From a virus (Duplodnaviria; Heunggongvirae; Uroviricota; Caudoviricetes), in the IMG/VR virus record IMGVR_UViG_3300048503_000086: a stretch of DNA of 21,565 nt. One strand, 5' to 3'. Position numbers and translations under genes: made by a program. Positions 18,066-21,565 of the stretch are shown one piece after another. The notes under the pieces are model-generated. The model was not told the DNA's origin. It ran no database searches and saw only the letters and a list, made by a program, of their open reading frames with translations. How positions within the stretch are numbered: the first letter of the stretch is position 1; every line of letters begins with the position of its first letter.

Positions 18066-18580
18066 CCGGACAAGATCGGGCGAAGGTGTTTGCCCAAGTG
18101 GACCACTTTGCTTTCTGGCAAATGGCCTACTGGCTCGCAGGCAAGTACCGATGTTCCACCTCGAAGATCATGCGGCGGTTTTACCGACGTGTCGCCGGGT
18201 CCATGACCCTCGCCACCGACGATATCGCCCTTGATCCCATCAGGGTGATTTCACGTCGGCGTTTCCGCCTTCGCAGCTTCGACAATCCCTACACGACGCC
18301 AGGTGCCAAGCTGATCCGCTCGGAGCAGTTTGGTCTGGAACCGGGCTGGCAGGGGAACGAACGCAATCCCGGCGTGGAGGACCTTCGCCATCTGGTGCTG
18401 CAACGGGACCAATGGACCTGCCAGCACTGCGGCGAGGGAATCGACCCCTCCGATTACGAGATTGACCACATTCGTCCTGTCCGCAGGTTCAAGTCTGTGG
18501 CCGCGGCCACTTTTCTGGAGAACCTTCAGACTTTATGTGGCCCATGTCATCGGGCCAAAACTCAGGATTCCAAGAGACGG
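18066..18580 (+). pseudogene. ltrA: Group II intron IEP C-terminal fragment: end of maturase (X) domain plus HNH endonuclease
   Basis: AKVFAQVDHFAFWQMAYWLAGKYR, then CQHCG...EIDHIRPV...NLQTLCGPCHRAKT, directly upstream of domain V. Boundaries approximate. Confidence 0.85.
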
Positions 18581-18581
18581 A

Positions 18582-18673
18582 GAGCCGGATGCTTTGAAAG
18601 TTGCAAGTCCGGTTCGGAGGGGGGAGCGGTGGAAACGTGCCTCATGGGGTAACGCGCCCCGCTCCTACCTTAC
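18582..18673 (+). ncRNA. Group II intron domains V and VI
   Basis: 34-nt hairpin GAGCCGGATGC-TTTGAAA-GTTGCAAGTCCGGTTC with the AGC triad, followed by GGAGGGGG and a D6 stem ending CCTACCTTAC. Confidence 0.93.
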
Positions 18674-18709
18674 TGACGCACCCTGTTTTGTTTTCTTGGC
18701 GGGCCATCC

Positions 18710-18919
18710 ATGCTCATTACCGAAATGCGACATCGCCTTCAGTGTCTCGGCTGGAGAACTCTTGGCCGAGGGCAACAAATTGACGGTCGATGGTGGGTGT
18801 TTGCTGGAAGTTGCGGGCACACCATCATCGCCATTGCTGACACTCCGCATGAAGTCTGGTCCGCGGCCTGTGCGATGGCCATGAAGCTGACACGGAACGG
18901 TCTCTCGGACGGTGAGTAG
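18710..18919 (+). CDS. Small hypothetical protein (69 aa)
   Basis: ORF track; protein-like composition; followed after 6 bp by another ORF. Confidence 0.55.
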   Translation: MLITEMRHRLQCLGWRTLGRGQQIDGRWWVFAGSCGHTIIAIADTPHEVWSAACAMAMKLTRNGLSDGE

Positions 18920-18925
18920 CCCGCC

Positions 18926-19081
18926 ATGCACCTGGATGAACTACGTCGGCTTGTCGAACGCAAGACGGAAATCGTCGAGATGCTCGAATCGCTGCTGGAG
19001 GACGAGGAAGCGGAATTAGTCGAGTTAGAACGTCAACTTGAATCGCGCGAAGATGCCGGGGAATGCAGCGGTGGTGGTTAG
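18926..19081 (+). CDS. Small acidic coiled-coil protein (51 aa, MHLDELRRLVERKTEIVEMLESLLE...)
   Basis: Below the ORF-track cutoff; read manually; heptad-like Leu/Glu pattern. Confidence 0.55.
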   Translation: MHLDELRRLVERKTEIVEMLESLLEDEEAELVELERQLESREDAGECSGGG

Positions 19082-19090
19082 TGGCGGTGG

Positions 19091-19357
19091 TTAGCGATCC
19101 ACCTTGCGGTAAGCAGGCTGTGCTTCAGAATCCTCTTGCTTGGGCCCCGGTCCGCCAAGCTGCCGGAGCCCGGCCACCGCCCTCTTGTGCCCTTTGACCA
19201 GGCTCTCGTAGGCTTGGTCCCGTTGTCGCTCACTGCCGTACCAGCCATTGGAGAACCATTGCTGGAACCAGTTGCTCCAGTATTCGATGCCCCATTTCTT
19301 CTTCCGCGAGGGCATAGCCTTCTTCTTGTGGCGGGGAATCTCGGGGTCGCGGAACAT
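19091..19357 (-). CDS. Hypothetical phage-like protein
   Basis: AGGAG RBS before ATG 19357; part of a same-strand gene run. Confidence 0.6.
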   Translation of the reverse strand: MFRDPEIPRHKKKAMPSRKKKWGIEYWSNWFQQWFSNGWYGSERQRDQAYESLVKGHKRAVAGLRQLGGPGPKQEDSEAQPAYRKVDR

Positions 19358-19426
19358 GGCGGCTCCTTCTCGACAAGGCTGTTGTCTTCGGCCCAGGCTT
19401 CCAGTGAGGTAGCCGGGTCGCGTCAG

Positions 19427-19846
19427 TCATCGGAAAAGGCCGCCGTTGAACAGCTTGTGCATGGCGCGGCGGGTGATCCTGAAGTAACGCACTGCACCGC
19501 CGAGAACACCCGCACCGAGGGCCAGGCCGAAGCCCTGGGCCAGGGAGGGGCCGTTCGTGTATATGAGCCACATTGCGCCGCCGATGATCCCCAGCAGCAC
19601 CAGGACCGTGACGCCGGCCAGCAAGCACTCGGTCAGGACCACCAGAGTCTTCTTCCAGAGGCCCTGCGGGCGGAAGTGGCTCTCGGCCCAATCGGTCAGG
19701 ATGCTCGTGACCATCGGGCCGTGGTTGCCGTTGTTCAGGGAGAGGGTGACCGTCCTGCCGCCGAACTCGACATTGAGCCAGGTCCCCTCGGCGTTTTTCG
19801 TCAGTTCGACGCTTGCTTTCGCCGTCTTGGTCTTAGTGTCGGTCAC
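19427..19846 (-). CDS. Hypothetical membrane protein (two hydrophobic segments)
   Basis: GGAGAGA upstream and overlap with the upstream stop; hydrophobic LLAGVTVLVLLGIIGGAMWLIY and GFGLALGAGVLGGAV. Confidence 0.7.
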   Translation of the reverse strand: MTDTKTKTAKASVELTKNAEGTWLNVEFGGRTVTLSLNNGNHGPMVTSILTDWAESHFRPQGLWKKTLVVLTECLLAGVTVLVLLGIIGGAMWLIYTNGPSLAQGFGLALGAGVLGGAVRYFRITRRAMHKLFNGGLFR

Positions 19847-20370
19847 GTCGTCTCTCCTTGGGATGGCTTCCTCGCCAGGCGGTTGTAGTGGAGTAGCTCT
19901 TCGCCACGTTCGCCGGCGCTGGGCACCTTGGCATCTTGCATCAGTTCAGCGGCCGATTGGCACGTCGGCCAGGCGACATCTTCGGCACAGCGATGAATCG
20001 ACGTGAAGGCGACGGGCATGTCCGGCAGAACCGGATTGGGATTGGTGACGGCAATGACCGGGCCTGGAGCCTCCTTGACTTGGGAGGCGCTGGCACAATC
20101 GTCGATGCCCTTGCCGACAGTCGGGTTGATTGGAGCGGCCCGTTTCCGGCGAACGATCTTCAGGGCCTCTACCAGGTCGGCCACGAATTGCTCGGTGTCC
20201 GGGTGCATTGTGCCGGGGCCGCCGACCCGGTTAGCGTAGTGAACTTCGTCCGGTTCGGCCTTGATGGCGGTGCCGTCCGGCTTGACGATGGTGCAGAAAC
20301 TCCCGGGCATCTCCAGCTTGTGGAGGAGGGAGAGCAGGTTTCGGCGACTCAAGACGACTTCGCTGGGCAT
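19843..20370 (-). CDS. Hypothetical phage-like protein (LSRRNLLSLLHKL...HY..R..GPGTMHP.TE)
   Basis: AAGGAG RBS immediately downstream of the tRNA; 175-aa ORF. Confidence 0.7.
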   Translation of the reverse strand: MPSEVVLSRRNLLSLLHKLEMPGSFCTIVKPDGTAIKAEPDEVHYANRVGGPGTMHPDTEQFVADLVEALKIVRRKRAAPINPTVGKGIDDCASASQVKEAPGPVIAVTNPNPVLPDMPVAFTSIHRCAEDVAWPTCQSAAELMQDAKVPSAGERGEELLHYNRLARKPSQGETT

Positions 20371-20389
20371 GATGTAGCTCCTTGGTCAG

Positions 20390-20458
20390 TACAGCCAACG
20401 GGAATCGAACTCGCATTGCCGGCTGGAAGCCGGTGTCCTGCCGTTAGACGATGGCTGT
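20390..20458 (-). tRNA. Atypical tRNA with a TCC (Gly) anticodon, about 2 nt short; possibly pseudo
   Basis: 7-bp acceptor ACAGCCA/TGGCTGT, D arm GTCT-AACGGCA-GGAC, T loop TTCGATT, anticodon arm CCGGC-TTCCA-GCCGG. No encoded CCA directly after the discriminator. Confidence 0.7.
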
Positions 20459-20466
20459 TGTTGGCA

Positions 20467-20706
20467 CTAGCTCGCCGGGGCGGCCGGGGTGGCCGGCGGC
20501 GTGGCCAGGGTGGCGTCGGCGTCGGCTTCGAGCTTGGTGGTGGCCTGCGCGACGGCAGCCTCGGCCTGGGCGACGGTGGGCTCGGCGGCGGTCACGGCCT
20601 TGGCGGCCTCCGTCTTACCGATGCCGATGGCCTTCTTGACGGCTCCAACTCCGTGGCTGATGGCGGTCTCGATCTTCTCTTTGATCTGATCCAACTTGTC
20701 GGACAT
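20467..20706 (-). CDS. Ala/Thr/Lys-rich hypothetical protein (79 aa)
   Basis: GGAG RBS; strongly GC3-biased codons. Confidence 0.7.
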   Translation of the reverse strand: MSDKLDQIKEKIETAISHGVGAVKKAIGIGKTEAAKAVTAAEPTVAQAEAAVAQATTKLEADADATLATPPATPAAPAS

Positions 20707-20821
20707 GGCGTTGCTCCAGAGGGAAACAGGACAGTGCTTCAGTAGTTCATCGGCCCCGGTCTCGCCAGTATCACTGGTCCCCGGTCACGTCGGCCGTCTA
20801 CGGCGGTTTGAGGATTGAGCC

Positions 20822-21565
20822 TTACGGCAGCCGCGAACTACAACGTCCAGCTTGAATTGCTTGACCGGTTAGTTGGGACATTTGGCAGCCCGCGGTTCGG
20901 CCGGCAGTACGCCGGTCGCCCAGCAGCAAGAGGTTCATCAAGGTCTCGGTCAGGCTCGCGCCCTTGCCGTCCTTGCCATCGCCGCCGACGATCACGACGC
21001 CCGGCACCTTGATCCCTGCCAGGGCCTCGGCGACCTTCGCGTCCCGGTCGGCCTTGATCGTGGCCAAGATGCGGTCTTTCTCCGCCAGGCCGCCGCCCAG
21101 TTCGATCTCTTTCTGCTTGGCCTCGGCAGCCGATATGGTCGCCTTCTTGTCGATCTCGGCGGTGTCGGCCTTGATCTGGGCGATCTTCTTGAGGGTCTCG
21201 GCTTCGGCCTGGGCCTTGGCGGCGACTTCGACCTTCTGCTCGGCGGCGGTCACGGCCTGGGTCTTGGTAATCACGGCGACCTCCGCCGCCTGGGTGGCCT
21301 GGATCAGGGCCCGCTCTTTCTTCTGGTTCTCCTCGGCCTTGATTTCGGCGACCTGCCGGAGTCCCTTTTCCGTGACCATGAGCCGCTGCTGGTATTCCTC
21401 CTGCCGCTGGGCCTTGGCTTGCTCGGCCTTCAGGTAGGACTCCTTCTTGGCCGCGAATTGGGCCAAAGTCTGTTCGTCGTACTGAGTCTCGGTGACGCTG
21501 AATTGAAGGATGCCGATCCGGTAGCGGTCCAGAGGAGACGCCTGCACGATGACCGGCTTCCCGTT
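20822..21565 (-). CDS. SPFH/band-7 (flotillin/prohibitin-like) protein, C-terminal part (5'-truncated)
   Basis: GILQFSVTETQYDEQT (end of the SPFH domain) followed by a long AE/AQ-rich coiled coil and a terminal VPGVVIVGG. Possible frameshift near 20910. Confidence 0.7.
   Translation of the reverse strand, partial: NGKPVIVQASPLDRYRIGILQFSVTETQYDEQTLAQFAAKKESYLKAEQAKAQRQEEYQQRLMVTEKGLRQVAEIKAEENQKKERALIQATQAAEVAVITKTQAVTAAEQKVEVAAKAQAEAETLKKIAQIKADTAEIDKKATISAAEAKQKEIELGGGLAEKDRILATIKADRDAKVAEALAGIKVPGVVIVGGDGKDGKGASLTETLMNLLLLGDRRTAGRTAGCQMSQLTGQAIQAGRCSSRLP

Larger units (their letters stand above)
14387..18673 (+). mobile_element. Group II intron, interrupted and internally deleted
   Basis: 5' end GTGCGCCACGAGGCGCAC at 14387. 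EBS1 AACCAA (14734-14739) sits in the loop of a CCTGG/CCAGG stem and is complementary to the 5'-exon TTGGTT (14381-14386). Domain V at 18582-18615; 3' end CCTACCTTAC at 18673. Confidence 0.9.

Noticed and set aside
17573-18652. 359-aa ORF taken as one gene
   Set aside because: Chimeric read-through: the 5' part is antisense to the recombinase element, and only the part from about 18066 is intron X/HNH sequence.
1-21565. CRISPR array, rRNA, retron or DGR
   Set aside because: No regularly spaced repeats or template/variable repeat pair were seen; the only RT is a group II intron type with D5/D6.

Overview
GC-rich, heavily parasitised accessory region; bases 1-25 are a library adapter. Left half: a restriction-like defence operon in the order DUF1156-type DNA methyltransferase (5'-truncated), PD-(D/E)xK nuclease, EVE/PUA-like protein, DUF499 ATPase. 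Its two middle genes are interrupted by three elements with exact target-site duplications: an ISKra4-type IS (2001-3688), an IS630-type IS (4147-5340) and a 3.8-kb four-gene DDE+AAA transposon (5416-9214). Removing them in silico restores a 311-aa nuclease and a 152-aa EVE-like ORF that the ORF track does not show intact. Right half: a group II intron (14387-18673, EBS1/IBS1 pairing visible) whose RT gene lacks its catalytic core and is interrupted at the conserved LGIPT motif by a 2.66-kb large-serine-recombinase element. Circularising that element would join an RBS+ATG at one end in frame to a headless DUF5372-like ORF at the other, so this gene would exist only in the excised state; this is the strongest novel-system candidate. 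The window ends in a phage-like cluster of small minus-strand genes with an atypical tRNA and an SPFH-like protein. Family names come from motif recognition, not from database searches.
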